Of a DNA stretch of 64,000 bases, positions 20,054 to 29,036 are shown piece by piece. This DNA comes from Tissierellales bacterium. Its GTDB lineage: Bacteria > Bacillota > Clostridia > Tissierellales > Tissierellaceae. The stretch spans positions 39,183 to 103,182 of the forward strand of contig JASLAT010000023.1 in the NCBI GenBank assembly GCA_030146915.1. The letters run 5' to 3'. Position 1 is the stretch's first letter. Each line of letters opens with the position of its first letter. A program made the position numbers and the translations under genes. The notes beneath the pieces are model-generated. The model saw nothing but the letters and a program-made list of their open reading frames with translations. It had not been told where the DNA came from and made no database searches.

Positions 20054-21073
20054 ATTAAAAATTGTATAAAAAGTCTGGCTAATGATTTAGGAATAGATAT
20101 ATGTAGAGTTGTTAATTATAAAATAAGTGAACATAGATTAAATTGGCTAAAACAAAGAAAAGTCTTAGGCTATCAAACAGAGTTTGAAGAAAAAGACTTA
20201 GAATTAAGAACTGATCCAAAAAAAGTTATGCCAAATACTAAATCGATAATTGTAATAGGTCAATCATATAACTATCCTTCAAATAAGACAGTACGATTTA
20301 AATATAGAGGATATTTATCTAAGTCTAGTAGAGGATTAGACTATCATATTGTATTAAAAGAAAAGATGGGAAATCTTGTAAAAGAAATATTAAAATTTAA
20401 AAGTTTTAGCTATAAGATATATGTAGATACAGGTCCTCTTATTGATAGAGAATTAGCAGAAGCTGCAGGTATTGGGTATTTCGGGAAAAATTGTTCTATA
20501 ATAAATGATAAGTATGGATCTTTTATAGCTATAGGATATATATTAACAGATTTAGAAATGACCTCGGATGAAACTATAAATGATGATTGTGGCAGCTGTG
20601 ATTTATGCATAAGAGCCTGTCCAACCGGAGCTTTATCAGGAGATTATAAAGTAAATCCTAAAAAGTGTATATCATATTTAACCCAAACTAAAGAAGATAT
20701 AGAAGAAAAATTAAGAAGAAAAATGGGTGTAAAAATATTTGGTTGTGATACTTGTCAATTAGTTTGTCCAAAGAATAAGGGGATACTTTATTCAAAGGAA
20801 GAGAAGTTTCATCCTGGTGTTGATGGTGGGCATATAGATTTACTTGAATTTTTAAAATTAACAAATAGAGATTTTAAGGATAAGTATGGTAAAATAGCAG
20901 GTAGTTGGAGAGGTAGAAATATACTAAAAAGAAATGTGATTATAGCTTTGGCTAATATTGGTAACAAGGAAGTATTGGATTATTTATATAAAGAAAGTAA
21001 GAGTGAAAGCAAAATGATTTCATATTATGCAAGGTGGGCAATTGGAGAAATTATTAGAAAAAATAATAGGTGA
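20054..21073 (+). CDS. queG: Epoxyqueuosine reductase QueG (start inferred as ATT)
   Basis: Two 4Fe-4S motifs (CGSCDLCIRACP, CDTCQLVCP). The conserved N-terminal ~58 aa are in frame upstream of the first ATG (20228), with no ATG/GTG/TTG available. SD AAGGGGGG is at 20041-20048. Confidence 0.8.
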   Translation: MKNCIKSLANDLGIDICRVVNYKISEHRLNWLKQRKVLGYQTEFEEKDLELRTDPKKVMPNTKSIIVIGQSYNYPSNKTVRFKYRGYLSKSSRGLDYHIVLKEKMGNLVKEILKFKSFSYKIYVDTGPLIDRELAEAAGIGYFGKNCSIINDKYGSFIAIGYILTDLEMTSDETINDDCGSCDLCIRACPTGALSGDYKVNPKKCISYLTQTKEDIEEKLRRKMGVKIFGCDTCQLVCPKNKGILYSKEEKFHPGVDGGHIDLLEFLKLTNRDFKDKYGKIAGSWRGRNILKRNVIIALANIGNKEVLDYLYKESKSESKMISYYARWAIGEIIRKNNR

Positions 21074-21077
21074 TAAA

Positions 21078-21359
21078 TTGATAGTATTAGTTTTTGAGGT
21101 AGACTTGATTATTTATGAGTCGAACTCATTAAAGGAAAAAAGGTCTGTTATAAATAGTTTAATAAGAAGATTACAAACTAGATTTAATGCTTCTATTGCA
21201 GAAGTGGGAAATTTAGAATTATGGTCTAAGTCAAAGTTAGGTGTTGCACTTATTTCTAATGATAAGAAACATTTACAAGCTAAATTTTCAAAAATAATAA
21301 ATTTTATAGATCAGGATCATAGGGTAGAGACTATATCAATATATAAAGAATTTATTTAA
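21078..21359 (+). CDS. DUF503 family protein (YlxP-like)
   Basis: SLKEKRSV...RFNASIAEV...LWSKSKLGVALISND matches DUF503. The TTG at 21078 gives an MIVLVFEV start like family members; the track ATG at 21027 lies inside queG. Confidence 0.7.
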   Translation: MIVLVFEVDLIIYESNSLKEKRSVINSLIRRLQTRFNASIAEVGNLELWSKSKLGVALISNDKKHLQAKFSKIINFIDQDHRVETISIYKEFI

Positions 21360-21365
21360 AAAGAG

Positions 21366-22028
21366 GTGTTATATTTGTCAAAAAAAGTTTTAACTAAAGA
21401 AGAAATAAAGGAAGTATTAAGAATATTAAATGATAGATTCCCAGATGCTAGAGCTGAATTAGATCATAGTAATAGTTTTGAGTTATTATTGGCCACTATA
21501 ATGTCAGCACAAACAACAGATGTCCAAGTAAATAAAGTTACTGCTAAGCTTTTTAAAGAGTTTAAAAAACCAGAAGACTATCTTAAACTTACGCAAGAAG
21601 AATTGGCTAGTAAAATTAATAGTATAGGATTTTACAACATGAAAAGTAAGCATATACTGGGAACTTGTAAGATGTTAATAGAAGATTTTGATGGTAAGGT
21701 ACCAAATAATATAGATGATTTACAGAAGCTTCCAGGTGTAGGAAGAAAAACAGCAAATGTTGTTGTAAGTAATGCATTTGATATCCCAGCTATTGCTGTA
21801 GATACACATGTTTTTAGAGTTTCAAATAGGATAGGTATGGCTAATGCTAAAAATGTTGAAGAGACGGAAAAACAGTTAATGAGAAATATTGATAAAGATA
21901 TGTGGACTAAATCACATAATTTACTAATATTTCATGGAAGAAGAATATGTAGAGCACAAAGTCCTAAGTGTGATGAATGTCCAATTATGAATTATTGCCT
22001 AGCATACAAAAATGGAAAAATTAAATAA
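21366..22028 (+). CDS. nth: Endonuclease III
   Basis: HhH-GPD motif LPGVGRKTANVV and the 4Fe-4S cluster CxxxxxxCxxCxxxxxC at the C-terminus. The start is either GTG 21366 or TTG 21375. Confidence 0.9.
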   Translation: MLYLSKKVLTKEEIKEVLRILNDRFPDARAELDHSNSFELLLATIMSAQTTDVQVNKVTAKLFKEFKKPEDYLKLTQEELASKINSIGFYNMKSKHILGTCKMLIEDFDGKVPNNIDDLQKLPGVGRKTANVVVSNAFDIPAIAVDTHVFRVSNRIGMANAKNVEETEKQLMRNIDKDMWTKSHNLLIFHGRRICRAQSPKCDECPIMNYCLAYKNGKIK

Positions 22029-22107
22029 TACATACTATTTAGTATATAGTATGTATATTGACTTATAGTCAGATAATATAGTAAACTAATTATCTAGGAG
22101 TGATTAA

Positions 22108-22935
22108 ATGAAATATAAATTAATTGCAATAGATATGGACGGTACTTTACTAGCTAGTGGAAATAAAATAAGCAATAGAACTATTGAAACTATTCATAAA
22201 GCAAAGTTAGCAGGTGTGAAGCCTATTTTAGCAACAGGTAGGCTATATCCTTCTGCTAAGGCTTATGCAGATAAGTTAGGATTTAAAAATCCTATAATAA
22301 GTGGTAACGGAGCTGCGTTGCATGATGAAAATGGTAAATTAATATATGAGTCTTATATTAACAACGATACCTTAAGAACCTTAATAGAAGTATTAGATAA
22401 ATCTGATCTTTATTATCATTTATATTCTACAGAATCTATATATACTAATATTAATAAATTAGATTTAGAACTTTTAACTAGTTATTATGGTAATGATAGT
22501 GGTAAGCTAGATATACCAGCTTTAGACTACAGTGATTTCGAGTCTTTAGAAAAGCTTTTAAAAGAAAGAGATGAAAATATAAATAAAATTATGGCTATAG
22601 GTGAAGATTATGAGTTAAAAGAGCTTGAAAAAAATTTATCAAAAATAGATTCTATTGAAGTTACTAGCTCATGGTATAATAATTTAGAGATAATGAATCT
22701 AGGAGTATCAAAAGGAAGTACTTTAAATTATCTTTCTAAAAAAATGGGTATAGACAGTGAGCAAATTATTGCAATAGGCGATAATGAGAACGATTTACCT
22801 ATGTTAAAATTAGCAGGATTAGCAATAGCTATGGGAAATGCGGTAGATTTTATAAAAGATAAGGTGGATTATATCACTGATATTAATGATAAAGATGGTG
22901 TAGCTAAGGCAATAGAAAAATTTATTTTAGAGTAG
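22108..22935 (+). CDS. Cof-type HAD-IIB phosphatase
   Basis: IAIDMDGTLL, ATGR and GDNENDLPML motifs. Confidence 0.85.
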   Translation: MKYKLIAIDMDGTLLASGNKISNRTIETIHKAKLAGVKPILATGRLYPSAKAYADKLGFKNPIISGNGAALHDENGKLIYESYINNDTLRTLIEVLDKSDLYYHLYSTESIYTNINKLDLELLTSYYGNDSGKLDIPALDYSDFESLEKLLKERDENINKIMAIGEDYELKELEKNLSKIDSIEVTSSWYNNLEIMNLGVSKGSTLNYLSKKMGIDSEQIIAIGDNENDLPMLKLAGLAIAMGNAVDFIKDKVDYITDINDKDGVAKAIEKFILE

Positions 22936-22943
22936 GGGATAAA

Positions 22944-23414
22944 ATGACATTAAATATAGTTTTAGTGGAACCTGAGATTCCACAAAATACTGGAAATATA
23001 TCAAGAACTTGTGCAATAACTAAGACGGTTTTACATTTAGTTAGACCTTTAGGTTTTTCATTAGAAGATAAGTACTTAAAAAGAGCTGGATTAGACTATT
23101 GGTCAATGTTGGATGTTAGATATTATGATAGTTTTGAAGAAGTTAAGGAAAAAAATCCAGATGGAAAGTTCTTTTATGCTACAACAAAAGCAGATAAATA
23201 CTATACAGATGTAAAATATGAAGATAATACTTTTTTTGTATTTGGTAAGGAAACTAAAGGATTGAGCAAGGATATTTTAAAAGGTCAGAAAGAATATATG
23301 ATAAAGATACCTATGAAGACCGATATAAATAGGTCGCTTAATCTAGCTAATTCTGTAAATATAATAGTGTATGAAGCCTATCGTCAACTAGGTTTTCCAT
23401 TTTTAAGCGAATAG
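22944..23414 (+). CDS. trmL: tRNA (cytidine/uridine-2'-O)-methyltransferase TrmL (SpoU/TrmH family)
   Basis: IVLVEPEIPQNTGNISRTC, FGKETKGL and LNLANSV motifs, at about 156 aa. Confidence 0.85.
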   Translation: MTLNIVLVEPEIPQNTGNISRTCAITKTVLHLVRPLGFSLEDKYLKRAGLDYWSMLDVRYYDSFEEVKEKNPDGKFFYATTKADKYYTDVKYEDNTFFVFGKETKGLSKDILKGQKEYMIKIPMKTDINRSLNLANSVNIIVYEAYRQLGFPFLSE

Positions 23415-23430
23415 ATATAGGAGGGTACAT

Positions 23431-25029
23431 ATGAATATAGCAATACCTGTTTTTGGAGGACTAGGCCTTTTTTTATATGGTATGAATATAATGGGAACTG
23501 GTCTGCAACAGGCTGCTGGAGAAAGACTTAAGAAAATAGTAGAGGTATTAACAAATAATAGATTTATGGCTGTCTTGGTAGGAGCAGCTGTAACTATGAT
23601 AATACAAAGTAGTTCAGCTACTACAGTTATGGTTGTAGGATTTGTTAATGCAGGTATTATGACTTTAAGTCAAGCAGTAGGAGTTATTATGGGAGCTAAT
23701 ATAGGTACAACGGTTACAGCTCAATTAATAGCTTTTAATTTAACAGATTACGCGCCAGCAGCAGTTATAATAGGAATGATTGTTTTGTTTCTTTCTTCAG
23801 ACAAGAAAGGAAAAGATTTATCCGATATCCTAGTAGGATTTGGTATTCTTTTTATCGGTATGGATATGATGAGTAATGGTTTGAGTCCGTTAGCTCAGAG
23901 CGAAGCTTTTACAAATATAATTGTCAAACTAAATAATCCCTACCTAGCAGCTCTAGTAGGTATGGCTTTGACTACTGTAGTTCAAAGTAGTAGTGCCTCT
24001 ATAGGGGTTTTACAAGCTTTAGCTGGTCAAGGATTATTAGATATTAATATAGCTTTTCCAATATTATTTGGTGAAAATATAGGAACTACAACAACAGCTT
24101 TAATATCATCTGTTGGCGCCAATAAGACTGCAAAAAGAGCGGCAGTAATACATTTTTTATTTAACTTAGTAGGAACTATTGTTTTTATGACAATACTAAG
24201 AAGTCCTATTCAAAGGGTTGTACTTAAAATATCACCTAATAATGTGGCGAGACAGATAGCCAATGCACATACCTTGTTTAATATACTTAATGTTATTATT
24301 CAGTTTCCTTTTGCTAACTTTTTAGTAAAGGCAGCTGAAACTCTTGTAAAAGGAGACGATATTAAATTAGGAGAATCAAAGTACTTAGATGATAGAATTT
24401 TAGAAACACCATCTATTGCATTAGGATTTGCTGAGAAAGAAACCCTTAGGATGGCTAGTATAGTTGAAGAAAATGTTATAAAAGCTAAAAGAGCATTTGT
24501 AGATGATGAGTTTGACGAGATTGCTGGAGTGCTTGAAAGAGAAGCCATAGTAGATCAACTTGAAAAAGAAATAACAGAGTATGTTATAAAACTTACGAAT
24601 ATGCCTCTTACAGCTACTCAACATGAAAGAATAAATAGGTTAATTTATGTTATAAATGACTTAGAAAGAATTGGAGATCATGCAGAAAACTGGGCAGAGT
24701 TAGCAGAATCTAAGCAAAGAGATGGACTTTTCTTTTCTCAGGATGCTACAGATGCTATAGTATATATGTTTGATAGAGCAAATGATGTTTATTTAATGGC
24801 AATAAAAGCTTTTGAAGATGATGATAAAGATTTAGCTAGGGAAGCTTTACTTATAGAAGAAGAAGTTAACCAATTAGAAGAAATAAATAAAAATGCTCAT
24901 ATTGATAGATTAAATCAAGGTTCATGTACTACTGAAGCAGGAGTTATATATTTAGATGGTCTTAGTAATCTTGAGAGAATATCTGATCATGCAACTAATA
25001 TTTGTAAATTAGTTTTAGATTCTGATTAA
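23431..25029 (+). CDS. Na+/Pi cotransporter family protein with C-terminal PhoU-like repeats
   Basis: Repeated QSSSAT / QSSSAS motifs in the membrane domain and two RIGDHA/RISDHA PhoU motifs. Confidence 0.9.
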   Translation: MNIAIPVFGGLGLFLYGMNIMGTGLQQAAGERLKKIVEVLTNNRFMAVLVGAAVTMIIQSSSATTVMVVGFVNAGIMTLSQAVGVIMGANIGTTVTAQLIAFNLTDYAPAAVIIGMIVLFLSSDKKGKDLSDILVGFGILFIGMDMMSNGLSPLAQSEAFTNIIVKLNNPYLAALVGMALTTVVQSSSASIGVLQALAGQGLLDINIAFPILFGENIGTTTTALISSVGANKTAKRAAVIHFLFNLVGTIVFMTILRSPIQRVVLKISPNNVARQIANAHTLFNILNVIIQFPFANFLVKAAETLVKGDDIKLGESKYLDDRILETPSIALGFAEKETLRMASIVEENVIKAKRAFVDDEFDEIAGVLEREAIVDQLEKEITEYVIKLTNMPLTATQHERINRLIYVINDLERIGDHAENWAELAESKQRDGLFFSQDATDAIVYMFDRANDVYLMAIKAFEDDDKDLAREALLIEEEVNQLEEINKNAHIDRLNQGSCTTEAGVIYLDGLSNLERISDHATNICKLVLDSD

Positions 25030-25193
25030 AAATAATTCTTGTATTTTAGAAGAATTTATAATATGATATCTCTACAGTGTTAAAATTATTGAGGTAGTTT
25101 TTATGTATTATTTAGTAATCTTTATAGACATGATTTAACTAAAGACTATAATAATAGCACTTTAGAGAGCAAAAAAATAGCAACATATAAAAA

Positions 25194-25229
25194 ACAGGGT
25201 AGAAAAAAATCTATCCTGTTTTTATTTTT
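25194..25229 (+). terminator. Intrinsic terminator 165 nt downstream of the Na/Pi gene
   Basis: Stem acagggtag/ctatcctgt (one G-U pair), an 8-nt loop, then ttttattttt. It is also flanked by an A-run upstream. Confidence 0.8.
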
Positions 25230-25334
25230 AAAATTTGAGTATATATAGTAATATAGTGTAAAATGTGTTATCATATATAGATATATGAACATACTTTGAT
25301 ATGTAAAATAAATTTATTAATAGGAGGAGTTATT

Positions 25335-26267
25335 ATGATATATGATGTAGTAATAATTGGTGCAGGTCCAGCAGGCCTTTCAGCAGGTTTATATGCTGCT
25401 AGGGCAACTCTTAATACTTTGATAATAGAAAAGGAAGCCATAGGGGGACAAATAAAAAATACTAATGAGGTTGCTAACTATCCTGGTGCAGACTTAGATA
25501 TTAGCGGAGCAGAATTAACACAAAAAATGTTAGAACAAGCTGAATCTTTTGGTGCAAAAAAAGTTAGTGATGAGATAGTAGAAGTGGATTTTTCTGGAGA
25601 TATAAAGATTCTTAAAGGTAAAGATAAGGAATACAAAGCTAAGTCAGTTATAATAGCAACTGGTGCAGTTTCTAGATTGATTGGTGCTCCAGGAGAAGAA
25701 GAATTTACAGGAAGAGGTGTATCTTACTGTGTAACTTGTGATGGTGCTTTTTTCCAAGGTTTAGAAACTTTTGTTATAGGTGGTGGAGATGCTGCCATAG
25801 AAGAAGCTATGCAATTAACTAAATTTGCGAAAAAGGTAAATGTAGTTCATAGAAGAGATGAGCTAAGAGCTGCAAAATCTATTCAAGAAAAAGCATTTAA
25901 AAATGATAAAATTAACTTTATTTGGGATTCTGTAGTAAAAGAATTAAAAGGCGATATGATGTTGGATACAGTGGTTTTAGAAAATGTTAAAACAGGTGAA
26001 GAAACAGTTTATAAAGCTGATGAAAAAGATGGAGCTTTAGGAGTTTTTGTTTATATAGGTTTCTTACCAGCAACAGATATGTTTAAAGGTCAATTAGAAA
26101 TGGAAAAAGGTTATATAGTTACTGATAATAATATGAAAACAAGTGTTGAAGGTGTTTTTGCAGCTGGAGATAATACAATTAAATCTTTAAGACAAGTTGT
26201 TACAGCAACCTCTGATGGAGCTGTAGCTGCAGTAGAAGCAGAAAAATATATAGACAATAACTTTTAG
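25335..26267 (+). CDS. trxB: Thioredoxin-disulfide reductase
   Basis: GAGPAG FAD motif, redox CVTCDG, and GGGDAA NADPH motif. The ATG at 25335 follows SD AGGAGGAG. Confidence 0.9.
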   Translation: MIYDVVIIGAGPAGLSAGLYAARATLNTLIIEKEAIGGQIKNTNEVANYPGADLDISGAELTQKMLEQAESFGAKKVSDEIVEVDFSGDIKILKGKDKEYKAKSVIIATGAVSRLIGAPGEEEFTGRGVSYCVTCDGAFFQGLETFVIGGGDAAIEEAMQLTKFAKKVNVVHRRDELRAAKSIQEKAFKNDKINFIWDSVVKELKGDMMLDTVVLENVKTGEETVYKADEKDGALGVFVYIGFLPATDMFKGQLEMEKGYIVTDNNMKTSVEGVFAAGDNTIKSLRQVVTATSDGAVAAVEAEKYIDNNF

Positions 26268-26278
26268 TTATATAAGGT

Positions 26279-26316
26279 AACCAAGTAAATTCAAATTGAA
26301 ATTTACTTGGTTTTCT
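26279..26316 (+). terminator. Intrinsic terminator after trxB
   Basis: A 13-bp stem aaccaagtaaatt/aatttacttggtt is followed by ttttc. Confidence 0.9.
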
Positions 26317-26388
26317 ATTATAATTTACATGAGGGCAATCCTAGTAATCAATATTCATATATTGAAAAAATAAGGGAGGAAAATCAAA

Positions 26389-27450
26389 TTGAAGAAAAGA
26401 ATTACAATTTTATCATTATTACTAGCTTTAATGTTAGCACTAGTAGCATGTGGTGGAGATCAACCTGATGATGCAATTGGTGGAGCAGATGAGCAAGCTG
26501 AAGTATCTGAACTAAGAGTAGGTATGGTTACAGATGAAGGTGGAGTTAATGATCAATCTTTCAACCAATCAGCTTGGGAAGGATTACAAGAAGTTGAAAA
26601 GAACTTAGGTATTAAAGTTATGTATCAAGAATCAGAACAAGAAGCACAATATCCAGAGAACTTTGAAACTTTGTTAGATGCAGATAATGACATGATATGG
26701 GGAGTAGGATATAAATTAGCAAATGCAACTATGGATGCTGCTAAACAAAATCCTGAAATAACATATGGTATAATAGATTATGAATATGAAGATACTCCAG
26801 AAAATTTAGTAGGAGTAGTTTTTGCAGATAATGAATCTTCATTTTTAGCAGGATATATTGCAGGTCATATGACCGAAACTGATAAAGTTGGATTTATTGG
26901 TGGAAATGAAGGAGATGTTATTTGGAGATTTGATTACGGTTTTCAAGCAGGAGTTAAGTATGCTGCTAAAGAGTTAGGAAAAGATATTGAAGTAGTGTCT
27001 CAATATGCTAACTCCTTTGGAGATGCAGTAAAAGGAAAGTCAATGGCAAACAATATGTTCCAACAGGGGGCAGATATTGTAATGCATGCTGCAGGTGGAG
27101 TTGGAGACGGTGTAATAGAAGCAGCTAAAGAACAAGATAAATGGGCAATAGGTGTAGATAGAGATCAAAACTATTTAGCACCAGATCATGTTCTAACTTC
27201 AGCTATGAAGAGAGTAGATGCAGCTATTTATAAGGCTGTAGAAGATTTCAAAGATGGTAACTTTGAAGGTGGAAAAACTATAAGATATAATTTAGAAGAT
27301 GGAGCTGTAGGGCTAGCACCTTCAACAGATAAAAATGTTCCACAAGAAATCATGAATAAAGTAAAAGACGTAGAAAAATTATTGATAGATGGAGAAATAG
27401 ATGCTCCAGTAAATGAAGAAACATATAAAGAATTCTTATCAGAATTATAA
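26389..27450 (+). CDS. BMP-family (Med/PnrA-like) ABC transporter substrate-binding lipoprotein
   Basis: TTG start. Signal peptide with lipobox LVAC. VTDEGGVNDQSFNQSAWEG and GVDRDQ motifs. Confidence 0.9.
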   Translation: MKKRITILSLLLALMLALVACGGDQPDDAIGGADEQAEVSELRVGMVTDEGGVNDQSFNQSAWEGLQEVEKNLGIKVMYQESEQEAQYPENFETLLDADNDMIWGVGYKLANATMDAAKQNPEITYGIIDYEYEDTPENLVGVVFADNESSFLAGYIAGHMTETDKVGFIGGNEGDVIWRFDYGFQAGVKYAAKELGKDIEVVSQYANSFGDAVKGKSMANNMFQQGADIVMHAAGGVGDGVIEAAKEQDKWAIGVDRDQNYLAPDHVLTSAMKRVDAAIYKAVEDFKDGNFEGGKTIRYNLEDGAVGLAPSTDKNVPQEIMNKVKDVEKLLIDGEIDAPVNEETYKEFLSEL

Positions 27451-27460
27451 GATTGGTAGT

Positions 27461-27488
27461 AAAGGCTCAGGCTTCGGTCTGAGCTTTT
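27461..27488 (+). terminator. UUCG-capped hairpin/partial terminator between the binding-protein and ATPase genes
   Basis: aaaggctcaggc-ttcg-gtctgagctttt. Confidence 0.75.
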
Positions 27489-27509
27489 AATTCTAAGGGA
27501 GGTAAATCT

Positions 27510-29036
27510 GTGGCAAGTAATGGTAATAAATTAATTGAAATGAAAAACATTACGAAAAAATTTGGTAGCTTTACTGCCAATGATAATATAAATCTCTCAG
27601 TAGCAAAGGGAGAGGTACATGCTTTATTAGGAGAAAATGGAGCAGGAAAGTCAACTTTAATGAATATATTATATGGTTTACATCAGCCTACATCCGGTGA
27701 AATATATATCAACGGGAAGAGAGTAAACATAACAGACCCAAATGTAGCTATAGAACATGGTATAGGTATGGTACATCAACACTTTATGTTAATAGATACC
27801 TTTACTGTAGTTGAAAATATTATACTAGGGCAAGAGCTTACAAAAGGGCCAGTATTAGATAGAGACTTAGCAAGTAAAAGGGTAAAGGAGATTTCAGAGA
27901 AATATGGACTTTATGTAGATCCTGATGCAAAGATTCAAGACATATCAGTAGGAATGCAGCAAAGAGTTGAAATTTTAAAGGCATTATATAGAGGATCTGA
28001 TATTTTAATCTTAGATGAGCCTACTGCAGTATTAACTCCACAGGAAATAGAGGAGTTAATGGAGATTATGAAAAGCTTATCGGAACAGGGAAAAACTATA
28101 ATTATAATTACTCATAAGTTAAATGAAATAAAGTTAGCAGCTGATTATTGCACTATTATAAGAAGAGGTAAGCATATTGATACAGTAAAAGTTTCAGAAG
28201 TATCAGAACAAGATCTAGCAGAAAAAATGGTTGGGCGTGAGGTTAATTTTAAAGTAGATAAGTTAGAACAAGATACAGGAGATAAAATTTTATCTATTGA
28301 AAATTTAGTCGTTGAAGATAATAGAAAATTAAATGCAGTAGATGGTTTATCCTTAGATATATATGAGGGTGAAGTTTTAGGTATAGCTGGTATAGATGGA
28401 AATGGTCAATCAGAGTTAATAGAGGCTATAACAGGTTTAAGAAAAGTTAAAGAAGGAAAAGTTTTTATAAATAATAAAGATATAACAAACCAAACTCCAT
28501 TTGATATTATTAACTCTGGAATAAGTACAATACCAGAAGATAGGCAAAGAAGAGGTTTAGTTCTAGATTTTTCAGTTGCAGAGAATATGATTTTAGAAAA
28601 TTATTATAGGGAACCCTTTTCAAAGAAGGGAATTTTAAATCATCCTGAAATAGAGAGTTTTGCAAAAAGACTTATTAAAAAGTTTGATGTTCGACCGACT
28701 AACCCTGAGTACTTAGCAGGAGAACTTTCTGGGGGAAACCAACAAAAAGTTATAATAGCTAGAGAAGTTACAAATAATCCCGATCTTTTGATAGCTGCTC
28801 AGCCTACTAGAGGTTTAGATGTTGGCGCTATAGAATATGTACATCAATTTTTAGTAGATCAAAGAAATAAAGGAAAGGCAGTATTATTAATTTCATTTGA
28901 ATTAGATGAGATACTTAGTGTTTCTGATAGAATAGCAGTTATATATGAAGGAAAAATAGTTAAGATATTAGATGCAAAAGAAGCAGATGAGAAAAAATTA
29001 GGACTATTAATGGCAGGAGGTGGCACTGATGAATAA
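27510..29036 (+). CDS. ABC transporter ATP-binding protein (duplicated ATPase, nucleoside/sugar type)
   Basis: Walker A GENGAGKST, signature motifs (QQRVEIL and LSGGNQQK) and two NBD halves. GTG start after SD AAGGGAGG. Confidence 0.9.
   Translation: MASNGNKLIEMKNITKKFGSFTANDNINLSVAKGEVHALLGENGAGKSTLMNILYGLHQPTSGEIYINGKRVNITDPNVAIEHGIGMVHQHFMLIDTFTVVENIILGQELTKGPVLDRDLASKRVKEISEKYGLYVDPDAKIQDISVGMQQRVEILKALYRGSDILILDEPTAVLTPQEIEELMEIMKSLSEQGKTIIIITHKLNEIKLAADYCTIIRRGKHIDTVKVSEVSEQDLAEKMVGREVNFKVDKLEQDTGDKILSIENLVVEDNRKLNAVDGLSLDIYEGEVLGIAGIDGNGQSELIEAITGLRKVKEGKVFINNKDITNQTPFDIINSGISTIPEDRQRRGLVLDFSVAENMILENYYREPFSKKGILNHPEIESFAKRLIKKFDVRPTNPEYLAGELSGGNQQKVIIAREVTNNPDLLIAAQPTRGLDVGAIEYVHQFLVDQRNKGKAVLLISFELDEILSVSDRIAVIYEGKIVKILDAKEADEKKLGLLMAGGGTDE

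Noticed and set aside
25103-25135. Ten-codon mini-ORF (MYYLVIFIDM) with an SD in the Na/Pi-trxB spacer, considered as a leader peptide or type I toxin.
   Set aside because: It is too short for known type I toxins, has no associated attenuator structure involving its codons, and no antisense partner is recognisable. It is kept only as a note within the spacer finding.
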